DNA from: Eledone cirrhosa
Taxonomy: Eukaryota
DNA: 64,000 nucleotides
Assembly: GCA_964016885.1 (NCBI GenBank)
Contig: OZ024753.1
Span: 26,226,001-26,290,000, forward strand
Direction of reading: 5' to 3'
In this document: in pieces, positions 16,001-31,000 of the stretch
Layout: each line of letters begins with the position of its first letter
Numbering within the stretch: the first letter of the stretch is position 1
Program-made: the position numbers and the translations under genes
The notes under the pieces: model-generated
Told to the model about the DNA's origin: nothing
Seen by the model: the letters and a program-made list of their open reading frames with translations, nothing else
The model's database searches: none

Positions 16001-19000
16001 TCAGCCACACAGACTACGGCATGAAAAGGCAAACCTTTCATCTCAGCCACACAGACTACGGCATGAAAAGGCAAACCTTTCATCTCAGCCACACAGACTA
16101 CGGTATGAAAAGGCAAACCTTTCATCTCAGCCACACAGACTACGGTATGAAAAGGCAAACCTTTCATCTCAGCCACACAGACTACGGCATGAAAAGGCAA
16201 ACCTTTCATCTCAGCCACACAGACTACGGCATGAAAAGGCAAACCTTTCATCTCAGCCACACAGACTACGGCATGAAAAGGCAAACCTTTCATCTCAGCC
16301 ACACAGACTACGGTATGAAAAGGCAAACCTTTCATCTCAGCCACACAGACTACGGCATGAAAAGGCAAACCTTTCATCTCAGCCACACAGACTACGGCAT
16401 GAAAAGGCAAACCTTTCATCTCAGCCACACAGACTACGGCATGAAAAGGCAAACCTTTCATCTCAGCCACACAGACTACGGCATGAAAAGGCAAACCTTT
16501 CATCTCAGCCACACAGACTACGGCATGAAAAGGCAAACCTTTCATCTCAGCCACACAGACTACGGCATGAAAAGGCAAACCTTTCATCTCAGCCACACAG
16601 ACTACGGCATGAAAAACAAACCTTTCATCTCAGCCACACAGACTACGGTATGAAAAACAAACGTTTCATCTCAGCCACACAGACTACGGCATGAAAAGGC
16701 AAACCTTTCATCTCAGCCACACAGACTACGGCATGAAAAGGCAAACCTTTCATCTCAGCCACACAGACTACGGCATGAAAAGGCAAACCTTTCATCTCAG
16801 CCACACAGACTACGGCATGAAAAGGCAAACCTTTCATCTCAGCCACACAGACTACGGCATGAAAAACAAACCTTTCATCTCAGCCACACAGACTACGGTA
16901 TGAAAAACAAACCTTTCATCTCAGCCACACAGACTACGGCATGAAAAGGCAAACCTTTCCTTTCAGCCACACAGACTACGGCATGAAAAGGCAAACCTTT
17001 CATCTCAGCCACACAGACTACGGCATGAAAAACAAACCTTTCATCTCAGCCACACAGACTACGGCATGAAAAGGCAAACCTTTCATCTCAGCCACACAGA
17101 CTACGGCATGAAAAACAAACCTTTCATCTCAGCCACACAGACTACGGCATGAAAAGGCAAACCTTTCATCTCAGCCACACAGACTACGGTATGAAAAGGC
17201 AAACCTTTCATCTCAGCCACACAGACTACGGCATGAAAAGGCAAACCTTTCATCTCAGCCACACAGACTACGGCATGAAAAACAAACCTTTCATCTCAGC
17301 CACACAGACTACGGCATGAAAAACAAACCTTTCATCTCAGCCACACAGACTACGGCATGAAAAGGCAAACCTTTCATCTCAGCCACACAGACTACGGCAT
17401 GAAAAGGCAAACCTTTCATCTCAGCCACACAGACTACGGCATGAAAAGGCAAACCTTTCATCTCAGCCACACAGACTACGGCATGAAAAACAAACCTTTC
17501 ATCTCAGCCACACAGACTACGGCATGAAAAACAAACCTTTCATCTCAGCCACACAGACTACGGCATGAAAAGGCAAACCTTTCATCTCAGCCACACAGAC
17601 TACGGCATGAAAAGGCAAACCTTTCATCTCAGCCACACAGACTACGGCATGAAAAGGCAAACCTTTCATCTCAGCCACACAGACTACGGCATGAAAAACA
17701 AACCTTTCATCTCAGCCACACAGACTACGGCATGAAAAGGCAAACCTTTCATCTCAGCCACACAGACTACGGCATGAAAAACAAACCTTTCATCTCAGCC
17801 ACACAGACTACGGCATGAAAAGGCAAACCATTCATCTCAGCCACACAGACTACGGCATGAAAAACAAACCTTTCATCTCAGCCACACAGACTACGGCATG
17901 AAAAGGCAAACCTTTCATCTCAGCCACACAGACTACGGCATGAAAAGGCAAACCTTTCGTCTCAGCCACACAGACTACGGCATGAAAAGGCAAACCTTTC
18001 ATCTCAGCCACACAGACTACGGCATGAAAAGGCAAACCTTTCATCTCAGCCACACAGACTACGGCATGAAAAGGCAAACCTTTCATCTCAGCCACACAGA
18101 CTACGGCATGAAAAGGCAAACCTTTCATCTCAGCCACACAGACTACGGCATGAAAAGGCAAACCTTTCATCTCAGCCACACAGACTATGGCATGAAAAGG
18201 CAAACCTTTCATCTCAGCCACACAGACTACGGCATGAAAAGGCAAACCTTTCATCTCAGCCACACAGACTACGGCATGAAAAGGCAAACCTTTCATCTCA
18301 GCCACACAGACTACGGCATGAAAAGGCAAACCTTTCATCTCAGCCACACAGACTACGGCATGAAAAGGCAAACCTTTCATCTCAGCCACACAGACTACGG
18401 CATGAAAAGGCAAACCTTTCATCTCAGCCACACAGACTACGACATGAAAAGGCAAACCTTTCATCTCAGCCACACAGACTACGGCATGAAAAACAAACCT
18501 TTCATCTCAGCCACACAGACTACGGCATGAAAAGGCAAACCTTTCATCTCAGCCACACAGACTACGGCATGAAAAGGCAAACCTTTCATCTCAGCCACAC
18601 AGACTACGGCATGAAAAGGCAAACCTTTCATCTCAGCCACACAGACTACGACATGAAAAGGCAAACCTTTCATCTCAGCCACACAGACTACGGCATGAAA
18701 AACAAACCTTTCATCTCAGCCACACAGACTACGGCATGAAAAGGCAAACCTTTCATCTCAGCCACACAGACTACGGCATGAAAAGGCAAACCTTTCATCT
18801 CAGCCACACAGACTACGGCATGAAAAGGCAAACCTTTCATCTCAGCCACACAGACTACGGCATGAAAAACAAACCTTTCATCTCAGCCACACAGACTACG
18901 GCATGAAAAGGCAAACCTTTCATCTCAGCCACACAGACTACGGCATGAAAAGGCAAACCTTTCATCTCAGCCACACAGACTACGGCATGAAAAGGCAAAC

Positions 19001-22000
19001 CTTTCATCTCAGCCACACAGACTACGGCATGAAAAGGCAAACCTTTCATCTCAGCCACACAGACTACGGTATGAAAAGGCAAACCTTTCATCTCAGCCAC
19101 ACAGACTACGGCATGAAAAGGCAAACCTTTCATCTCAGCCACACAGACTACGGCATGAAAAACAAACCTTTCATCTCAGCCACACAGACTACGGCATGAA
19201 AAGGCAAACCTTTCATCTCAGCCACACAGACTACGGCATGAAAAACAAACCTTTCATCTCAGCCACACAGACTACGGCATGAAAAGGCAAACCTTTCATC
19301 TCAGCCACACAGACTACGGCATGAAAAGGCAAACCTTTCATCTCAGCCACACAGACTACGGCATGAAAAGGCAAACCTTTCATCTCAGCCACACAGACTA
19401 CGGTATGAAAAGGCAAACCTTTCATCTCAGCCACACAGACTACGGCATGAAAAGGCAAACCTTTCATCTCAGCCACACAGACTACGGTATGAAAAGGCAA
19501 ACCTTTCATCTCAGCCACACAGACTACGGCATGAAAAGGCAAACCTTTCATCTCAGCCACACAGACTACGGCATGAAAAGGCAAACCTTTCATCTCAGCC
19601 ACACAGACTACGGCATGAAAAACAAACCTTTCATCTCAGCCACACAGACTACGGCATGAAAAGGCAAACCTTTCATCTCAGCCACACAGACTACGGCATG
19701 AAAAGGCAAACCTTTCATCTCAGCCACACAGACTACGGCATGAAAAGGCAAACCTTTCATCTCAGCCACACAGACTACGGCATGAAAAACAAACCTTTCA
19801 TCTCAGCCACACAGACTACGGCATGAAAAGGCAAACCTTTCATCTCAGCCACACAGACTACGGCATGAAAAGGCAAACCTTTCATCTCAGCCACACAGAC
19901 TACGGTATGAAAAGGCAAACCTTTCATCTCAGCCACACAGACTACGGCATGAAAAGGCAAACCTTTCATCTCAGCCACACAGACTACGGCATGAAAAGGC
20001 AAACCTTTCATCTCAGCCACACAGACTACGGCATGAAAAGGCAAACCTTTCATCTCAGCCACACAGACTACGGCATGAAAAGGCAAACCTTTCATCTCAG
20101 CCACACAGACTACGGCATGAAAAGGCAAACCTTTCATCTCAGCCACACAGACTACGGCATGAAAAGGCAAACCTTTCATCTCAGCCACACAGACTACGGC
20201 ATGAAAAACAAACCTTTCATCTCAGCCACACAGACTACGGCATGAAAAGGCAAACCTTTCCTTTCAGCCACACAGACTACGGCATGAAAAGGCAAACCTT
20301 TCATCTCAGCCACACAGACTACGGCATGAAAAGGCAAACCTTTCATCTCAGCCACACAGACTACGGCATGAAAAACAAACCTTTCATCTCAGCCACACAG
20401 ACTACGGCATGAAAAACAAACCTTTCATCTCAGCCACACAGACTACGGCATGAAAAGGCAAACCTTTCATCTCAGCCACACAGACTACGGCATGAAAAGG
20501 CAAACCTTTCATCTCAGCCACACAGACTACGGCATGAAAAGGCAAACCTTTCATCTCAGCCACACAGACTACGGCATGAAAAGGCAAACCTTTCATCTCA
20601 GCCACACAGACTACGGCATGAAAAACAAACCTTTCATCTCAGCCACACAGACTACGACATGAAAAGGCAAACCTTTCATCTCAGCCACACAGACTACGGC
20701 ATGAAAAGGCAAACCTTTCATCTCAGCCACACAGACTACGGCATGAAAAGGCAAACCTTTCATCTCAGCCACACAGACTACGGCATGAAAAGGCAAACCT
20801 TTCATCTCAGCCACACAGACTACGGCATGAAAAACAAACCTTTCATCTCAGCCACACAGACTACGACATGAAAAGGCAAACCTTTCATCTCAGCCACACA
20901 GACTACGGCATGAAAAGGCAAACCTTTCATCTCAGCCACACAGACTACGGCATGAAAAACAAACCTTTCATCTCAGCCACACAGACTACGGCATGAAAAG
21001 GCAAACCTTTCATCTCAGCCACACAGACTACGGCATGAAAAGGCAAACCTTTCATCTCAGCCACACAGACTACGGCATGAAAAGGCAAACCTTTCATCTC
21101 AGCCACACAGACTACGGCATGAAAAGGCAAACCTTTCATCTCAGCCACACAGACTACGGCATGAAAAACAAACCTTTCATCTCAGCCACACAGACTACGA
21201 CATGAAAAGGCAAACCTTTCATCTCAGCCACACAGACTACGGCATGAAAAGGCAAACCTTTCATCTCAGCCACACAGACTACGGCATGAAAAGGCAAACC
21301 TTTCATCTCAGCCACACAGACTACGGCATGAAAAGGCAAACCTTTCATCTCAGCCACACAGACTACGGCATGAAAAACAAACCTTTCATCTCAGCCACAC
21401 AGACTACGACATGAAAAGGCAAACCTTTCATCTCAGCCGAACAGACTACGGCATGAAAAGGCAAACCTTTCATCTCAGCCACACAGACTACGGCATGAAA
21501 AGCAAACCTTTCATCTCAGCCACACAGACTACGGCATGAAAAACAAACCTTTCATCTCAGCCACACAGACTACGGCATGAAAAGGCAAACCTTTCATCTC
21601 AGCCACACAGACTACGACATGAAAAGGCAAACCTTTCATCTCAGCCACACAGACTACGGCATGAAAAGGCAAACCTTTCATCTCAGCCACACAGACTACG
21701 GCATGAAAAGGCAAACCTTTCATCTCAGCCACACAGACTACGACATGAAAAGGCAAACCTTTCATCTCAGCCACACAGACTACGGCATGAAAAGGCAAAC
21801 CTTTCATCTCAGCCACACAGACTACGGCATGAAAAGGCAAACCTTTCATCTCAGCCACACAGACTACGACATGAAAAGGCAAACCTTTCATCTCAGCCAC
21901 ACAGACTACGGCATGAAAAGGCAAACCTTTCATCTCAGCCACACAGACTACGGTATGAAAAGGCAAACCTTTCATCTCAGCCACACAGACTACGGTATGA

Positions 22001-25000
22001 AAAGCAAACCTTTCATCTCAGCCACACAGACTACGGTATGAAAAGGCAAACCTTTCATCTCAGCCACACAGACTACGACATGAAAAACAAACCTTTCATC
22101 TCAGCCACACAGACTACGGCATGAAAAGGCAAACCTTTCATCTCAGCCACACAGACTACGACATGAAAAGGCAAACCTTTCATCTCAGCCACACAGACTA
22201 CGGTATGAAAAGGCAAACCTTTCATCTCAGCCACACAGACTACGACATGAAAAGGCAAACCTTTCATCTCAGCCACACAGACTACGGCATGAAAAGGCAA
22301 ACCTTTCATCTCAGCCACACAGACTACGACATGAAAAGGCAAACCTTTCATCTCAGCCACACAGACTACGGTATGAAAAGGCAAACCTTTCATCTCAGCC
22401 ACACAGACTACGGACATGAAAAACAAACCTTTCATCTCAGCCACACAGACTACGGCATGAAAAGGCAAACCTTTCATCTCAGCCACACAGACTACGACAT
22501 GAAAAGGCAAACCTTTCATCTCAGCCACACAGACTACGGTATGAAAAGGCAAACCTTTCATCTCAGCCACACAGACTACGACATGAAAAGGCAAACCTTT
22601 CATCTCAGCCACACAGACTACGGCATGAAAAGGCAAACCTTTCATCTCAGCCACACAGACTACGACATGAAAAGGCAAACCTTTCATCTCAGCCACACAG
22701 ACTACGGTATGAAAAGGCAAACCTTTCATCTCAGCCACACAGACTACGGTATGAAAAGGCAAACCTTTCATCTCAGCCACACAGACTACGACATGAAAAG
22801 GCAAACCTTTCATCTCAGCCACACAGACTACGGTATGAAAAGGCAAACCTTTCATCTCAGCCACACAGACTACGACATGAAAAACAAACCTTTCATCTCA
22901 GCCACACAGACTACGGCATGAAAAGGCAAACCTTTCATCTCAGCCACACAGACTACGACATGAAAAGGCAAACCTTTCATCTCAGCCACACAGACTACGG
23001 CATGAAAAGGCAAACCTTTCATCTCAGCCACACAGACTACGACATGAAAAGGCAAACCTTTCATCTCAGCCACACAGACTACGGCATGAAAAGGCAAACC
23101 TTTCATCTCAGCCACACAGACTACGACATGAAAAGGCAAACCTTTCATCTCAGCCACACAGACTACGGCATGAAAAGGCAAACCTTTCATCTCAGCCACA
23201 CAGACTACGACATGAAAAGGCAAACCTTTCATCTCAGCCACACAGACTACGGCATGAAAAGGCAAACCTTTCATCTCAGCCACACAGACTACGGTATGAA
23301 AAGGCAAACCTTTCATCTCAGCCACACAGACTACGGTATGAAAAGGCAAACCTTTCATCTCAGCCACACAGACTACGGCATGAAAAGGCAAACCTTTCAT
23401 CTCAGCCACACAGACTACGGCATGAAAAGGCAAACCTTTCATCTCAGCCACACAGACTACGGCATGAAAAGGCAAACCTTTCATCTCAGCCACACAGACT
23501 ACGGCATGAAAAGGCAAACCTTTCATCTCAGCCACACAGACTACGGCATGAAAAGGCAAACCTTTCATCTCAGCCACACAGACTACGGCATGAAAAACAA
23601 ACCTTTCATCTCAGCCACACAGACTACGGCATGAAAAGGCAAACCTTTCATCTCAGCCACACAGACTACGGCATGAAAAGGCAAACCTTTCATCTCAGCC
23701 ACACAGACTACGGTATGAAAAACAAACCTTTCATCTCAGCCACACAGACTACGGCATGAAAAGGCAAACCTTTCATCTCAGCCACACAGACTACGACATG
23801 AAAAGGCAAACCTTTCATCTCAGCCACACAGACTACGGCATGAAAAACAAACCTTTCATCTCAGCCACACAGACTACGACATGAAAAGGCAAACCTTTCA
23901 TCTCAGCCACACAGACTACGGCATGAAAAGGCAAACCTTTCATCTCAGCCACACAGACTACGGCATGAAAAGGCAAACCTTTCATCTCAGCCACACAGAC
24001 TACGGCATGAAAAACAAACCTTTCATCTCAGCCACACAGACTACGGCATGAAAAACAAACCTTTCATCTCAGCCACACAGACTACGGCATGAAAAGGCAA
24101 ACCTTTCATCTCAGCCACACAGACTACGGCATGAAAAGGCAAACCTTTCATCTCAGCCACACAGACTACGGTATGAAAAGGCAAACCTTTCATCTCAGCC
24201 ACACAGACTACGGCATGAAAAGGCAAACCTTTCATCTCAGCCACACAGACTACGGCATGAAAAGGCAAACCTTTCATCTCAGCCACACAGACTACGGCAT
24301 GAAAAACAAACCTTTCATCTCAGCCACACAGACTACGGCATGAAAAGGCAAACCTTTCATCTCAGCCACACAGACTACGGTATGAAAAGGCAAACCTTTC
24401 ATCTCAGCCACACAGACTACGGCATGAAAAGGCAAACCTTTCATCTCAGCCACACAGACTACGGCATGAAAAGGCAAACCTTTCATCTCAGCCACACAGA
24501 CTACGGCATGAAAAGGCAAACCTTTCATCTCAGCCACACAGACTACGGCATGAAAAACAAACCTTTCATCTCAGCCACACAGACTACGGCATGAAAAGGC
24601 AAACCTTTCATCTCAGCCACACAGACTACGGCATGAAAAGGCAAACCTTTCATCTCAGCCACACAGACTACGGCATGAAAAGGCAAACCTTTCATCTCAG
24701 CCACACAGACTACGGTATGAAAAGGCAAACCTTTCATCTCAGCCACACAGACTACGATATGAAAAGGCAAACCTTTCATCTCAGCCACACAGACTACGGC
24801 ATGAAAAGGCAAACCTTTCATCTCAGCCACACAGACTACGGCATGAAAAGGCAAACCTTTCATCTCAGCCACACAGACTACGGCATGAAAAACAAACCTT
24901 TCATCTCAGCCACACAGACTACGGCATGAAAAGGCAAACCTTTCATCTCAGCCACACAGACTACGGCATGAAAAGGCAAACCTTTCATCTCAGCCACACA

Positions 25001-28000
25001 GACTACGGCATGAAAAGGCAAACCTTTCATCTCAGCCACACAGACTACGGTATGAAAAGGCAAACCTTTCATCTCAGCCACACAGACTACGGCATGAAAA
25101 GGCAAACCTTTCATCTCAGCCACACAGACTACGACATGAAAAGGCAAACCTTTCATCTCAGCCACACAGACTACGGCATGAAAAGGCAAACCTTTCATCT
25201 CAGCCACACAGACTACGGCATGAAAAGGCAAACCTTTCATCTCAGCCACACAGACTACGGCATGAAAAACAAACCTTTCATCTCAGCCACACAGACTACG
25301 GCATGAAAAGGCAAACCTTTCATCTCAGCCACACAGACTACGGCATGAAAAGGCAAACCTTTCATCTCAGCCACACAGACTACGGCATGAAAAGGCAAAC
25401 CTTTCATCTCAGCCACACAGACTACGGTATGAAAAGGCAAACCTTTCATCTCAGCCACACAGACTACGGCATGAAAAGGCAAACCTTTCATCTCAGCCAC
25501 ACAGACTACGACATGAAAAGGCAAACCTTTCATCTCAGCCACACAGACTACGGCATGAAAAGGCAAACCTTTCATCTCAGCCACACAGACTACGGCATGA
25601 AAAACAAACCTTTCATCTCAGCCACACAGACTACGGCATGAAAAGGCAAACCTTTCATCTCAGCCACACAGACTACGGCATGAAAAGGCAAACCTTTCAT
25701 CTCAGCCACACAGACTACGGCATGAAAAGGCAAACCTTTCATCTCAGCCACACAGACTACGGCATGAAAAGGCAAACCTTTCATCTCAGCCACACAGACT
25801 ACGGTATGAAAAGGCAAACCTTTCATCTCAGCCACACAGACTACGGCATGAAAAGGCAAACCTTTCATCTCAGCCACACAGACTACGGCATGAAAAGGCA
25901 AACCTTTCATCTCAGCCACACAGACTACGGCATGAAAAGGCAAACCTTTCATCTCAGCCACACAGACTACGGCATGAAAAGGCAAACCTTTCATCTCAGC
26001 CACACAGACTACGGCATGAAAAGGCAAACCTTTCATCTCAGCCACACAGACTACGGCATGAAAAGGCAAACCTTTCATCTCAGCCACACAGACTACGGCA
26101 TGAAAAGGCAAACCTTTCATCTCAGCCACACAGACTACGGCATGAAAAGGCAAACCTTTCATCTCAGCCACACAGACTACGGCATGAAAAGGCAAACCTT
26201 TCATCTCAGCCACACAGACTACGGTATGAAAAGGCAAACCTTTCATCTCAGCCACACAGACTACGGCATGAAAAACAAACCTTTCATCTCAGCCACACAG
26301 ACTACGATATGAAAAGGCAAACCTTTCATCTCAGCCACACAGACTACGGCATGAAAAACAAACCTTTCATCTCAGCCACACAGACTACGGCATGAAAAGG
26401 CAAACCTTTCATCTCAGCCACACAGACTACGGTATGAAAAGGCAAACCTTTCATCTCAGCCACACAGACTACGGCATGAAAAGGCAAACCTTTCATCTCA
26501 GCCACACAGACTACGGCATGAAAAGGCAAACCTTTCATCTCAGCCACACAGACTACGGCATGAAAAACAAACCTTTCATCTCAGCCACACAGACTACGGC
26601 ATGAAAAGGCAAACCTTTCATCTCAGCCACACAGACTACGACATGAAAAGGCAAACCTTTCATCTCAGCCACACAGACTACGGCATGAAAAGGCAAACCT
26701 TTCATCTCAGCCACACAGACTACGGCATGAAAAGGCAAACCTTTCATCTCAGCCACACAGACTACGGCATGAAAAGGCAAACCTTTCATCTCAGCCACAC
26801 AGACTACGGCATGAAAAGGCAAACCTTTCATCTCAGCCACACAGACTACGGCATGAAAAGGCAAACCTTTCATCTCAGCCACACAGACTACGGCATGAAA
26901 AACAAACCTTTCATCTCAGCCACACAGACTACGGCATGAAAAGGCAAACCTTTCATCTCAGCCACACAGACTACGGCATGAAAAGGCAAACCTTTCATCT
27001 CAGCCACACAGACTACGGCATGAAAAGGCAAACCTTTCATCTCAGCCACACAGACTACGGTATGAAAAGGCAAACCTTTCATCTCAGCCACACAGACTAC
27101 GGCATGAAAAGGCAAACCTTTCATCTCAGCCACACAGACTACGGCATGAAAAACAAACCTTTCATCTCAGCCACACAGACTACGGCATGAAAAGGCAAAC
27201 CTTTCATCTCAGCCACACAGACTACGGCATGAAAAGGCAAACCTTTCATCTCAGCCACACAGACTACGGCATGAAAAGGCAAACCTTTCATCTCAGCCAC
27301 ACAGACTACGGTATGAAAAGGCAAACCTTTCATCTCAGCCACACAGACTACGGCATGAAAAGGCAAACCTTTCATCTCAGCCACACAGACTACGGCATGA
27401 AAACAAACCTTTCATCTCAGCCACACAGACTACGGCATGAAAAGGCAAACCTTTCATCTCAGCCACACAGACTACGGCATGAAAAGGCAAACCTTTCATC
27501 TCAGCCACACAGACTACGGCATGAAAAGGCAAACCTTTCATCTCAGCCACACAGACTACGGCATGAAAAGGCAAACCTTTCATCTCAGCCACACAGACTA
27601 CGGCATGAAAAACAAACCTTTCATCTCAGCCACACAGACTACGGCATGAAAAGGCAAACCTTTCATCTCAGCCACACAGACTACGGTATGAAAAGGCAAA
27701 CCTTTCATCTCAGCCACACAGACTACGGCATGAAAAGGCAAACCTTTCATCTCAGCCACACAGACTACGGCATGAAAAACAAACCTTTCATCTCAGCCAC
27801 ACAGACTACGGCATGAAAAACAAACCTTTCATCTCAGCCACACAGACTACGGCATGAAAAGGCAAACCTTTCATCTCAGCCACACAGACTACGGCATGAA
27901 AAGGCAAACCTTTCATCTCAGCCACACAGACTACGGCATGAAAAGGCAAACCTTTCATCTCAGCCACACAGACTACGGTATGAAAAGGCAAACCTTTCAT

Positions 28001-31000
28001 CTCAGCCACACAGACTACGGCATGAAAAGGCAAACCTTTCATCTCAGCCACACAGACTACGGTATGAAAAGGCAAACCTTTCATCTCAGCCACACAGACT
28101 ACGGCATGAAAAGGCAAACCTTTCATCTCAGCCACACAGACTACGGTATGAAAAGGCAAACCTTTCATCTCAGCCACACAGACTACGGCATGAAAAACAA
28201 ACCTTTCATCTCAGCCACACAGACTACGGCATGAAAAGGCAAACCTTTCATCTCAGCCACACAGACTACGGCATGAAAAGGCAAACCTTTCATCTCAGCC
28301 ACACAGACTACGGCATGAAAAGGCAAACCTTTCATCTCAGCCACACAGACTACGGCATGAAAAACAAACCTTTCATCTCAGCCACACAGACTACGGCATG
28401 AAAAGGCAAACCTTTCATCTCAGCCACACAGACTACGGCATGAAAAGGCAAACCTTTCATCTCAGCCACACAGACTACGGCATGAAAAACAAACTTTCAT
28501 CTCAGCCACACAGACTACGGCATGAAAAGGCAAACCTTTCCTTTCAGCCACACAGACTACGGCATGAAAAGGCAAACCTTTCATCTCAGCCACACAGACT
28601 ACGGCATGAAAAGGCAAACCTTTCATCTCAGCCACACAGACTACGGCATGAAAAACAAACCTTTCATCTCAGCCACACAGACTACGGCATGAAAAAGCAA
28701 ACCTTTCATCTCAGCCACACAGACTACGGCATGAAAAGGCAAACCTTTCATCTCAGCCACACAGACTACGGCATGAAAAGGCAAACCTTTCATCTCAGCC
28801 ACACAGACTACGGCATGAAAAGGCAAACCTTTCATCTCAGCCACACAGACTACGGCATGAAAAGGCAAACCTTTCATCTCAGCCACACAGACTACGGCAT
28901 GAAAAGCAAACCTTTCATCTCAGCCACACAGACTACGACATGAAAAGGCAAACCTTTCATCTCAGCCACACAGACTACGGCATGAAAAGGCAAACCTTTC
29001 ATCTCAGCCACACAGACTACGGCATGAAAAGGCAAACCTTTCATCTCAGCCACACAGACTACGGCATGAAAAGGCAAACCTTTCATCTCAGCCACACAGA
29101 CTACGGCATGAAAAACAAACCTTTCATCTCAGCCACACAGACTACGACATGAAAAGGCAAACCTTTCATCTCAGCCACACAGACTACGGCATGAAAAGGC
29201 AAACCTTTCATCTCAGCCACACAGACTACGGCATGAAAAACAAACCTTTCATCTCAGCCACACAGACTACGGCATGAAAAGGCAAACCTTTCATCTCAGC
29301 CACACAGACTACGGCATGAAAAGGCAAACCTTTCATCTCAGCCACACAGACTACGGCATGAAAAGGCAAACCTTTCATCTCAGCCACACAGACTACGGCA
29401 TGAAAAGGCAAACCTTTCATCTCAGCCACACAGACTACGGCATGAAAAACAAACCTTTCATCTCAGCCACACAGACTACGACATGAAAAGGCAAACCTTT
29501 CATCTCAGCCACACAGACTACGGCATGAAAAGGCAAACCTTTCATCTCAGCCACACAGACTACGGCATGAAAAGGCAAACCTTTCATCTCAGCCACACAG
29601 ACTACGGCATGAAAAGGCAAACCTTTCATCTCAGCCACACAGACTACGGCATGAAAAACAAACCTTTCATCTCAGCCACACAGACTACGACATGAAAAGG
29701 CAAACCTTTCATCTCAGCCACACAGACTACGGCATGAAAAGGCAAACCTTTCATCTCAGCCACACAGACTACGGCATGAAAAGGCAAACCTTTCATCTCA
29801 GCCACACAGACTACGGCATGAAAAACAAACCTTTCATCTCAGCCACACAGACTACGGCATGAAAAGGCAAACCTTTCATCTCAGCCACACAGACTACGAC
29901 ATGAAAAGGCAAACCTTTCATCTCAGCCACACAGACTACGGCATGAAAAGGCAAACCTTTCATCTCAGCCACACAGACTACGGCATGAAAAGGCAAACCT
30001 TTCATCTCAGCCACACAGACTACGACATGAAAAGGCAAACCTTTCATCTCAGCCACACAGACTACGGCATGAAAAGGCAAACCTTTCATCTCAGCCACAC
30101 AGACTACGGTATGAAAAGGCAAACCTTTCATCTCAGCCACACAGACTACGGCATGAAAAGGCAAACCTTTCATCTCAGCCACACAGACTACGGTATGAAA
30201 AGGCAAACCTTTCATCTCAGCCACACAGACTACGGCATGAAAAGGCAAACCTTTCATCTCAGCCACACAGACTACGGCATGAAAAGGCAAACCTTTCATC
30301 TCAGCCACACAGACTACGGCATGAAAAACAAACCTTTCATCTCAGCCACACAGACTACGGCATGAAAAGGCAAACCTTTCATCTCAGCCACACAGACTAC
30401 GGCATGAAAAGGCAAACCTTTCATCTCAGCCACACAGACTACGGCATGAAAAGGCAAACCTTTCATCTCAGCCACACAGACTACGGCATGAAAAACAAAC
30501 CTTTCATCTCAGCCACACAGACTACGGCATGAAAAGGCAAACCTTTCATCTCAGCCACACAGACTACGGCATGAAAAGGCAAACCTTTCATCTCAGCCAC
30601 ACAGACTACGGTATGAAAAGGCAAACCTTTCATCTCAGCCACACAGACTACGGCATGAAAAGGCAAACCTTTCATCTCAGCCACACAGACTACGGCATGA
30701 AAAGGCAAACCTTTCATCTCAGCCACACAGACTACGGCATGAAAAGGCAAACCTTTCATCTCAGCCACACAGACTACGGCATGAAAAGGCAAACCTTTCA
30801 TCTCAGCCACACAGACTACGGCATGAAAAGGCAAACCTTTCATCTCAGCCACACAGACTACGGCATGAAAAGGCAAACCTTTCATCTCAGCCACACAGAC
30901 TACGGCATGAAAAGGCAAACCTTTCATCTCAGCCACACAGACTACGGCATGAAAAGGCAAACCTTTCATCTCAGCCACACAGACTACGGCATGAAAAGGC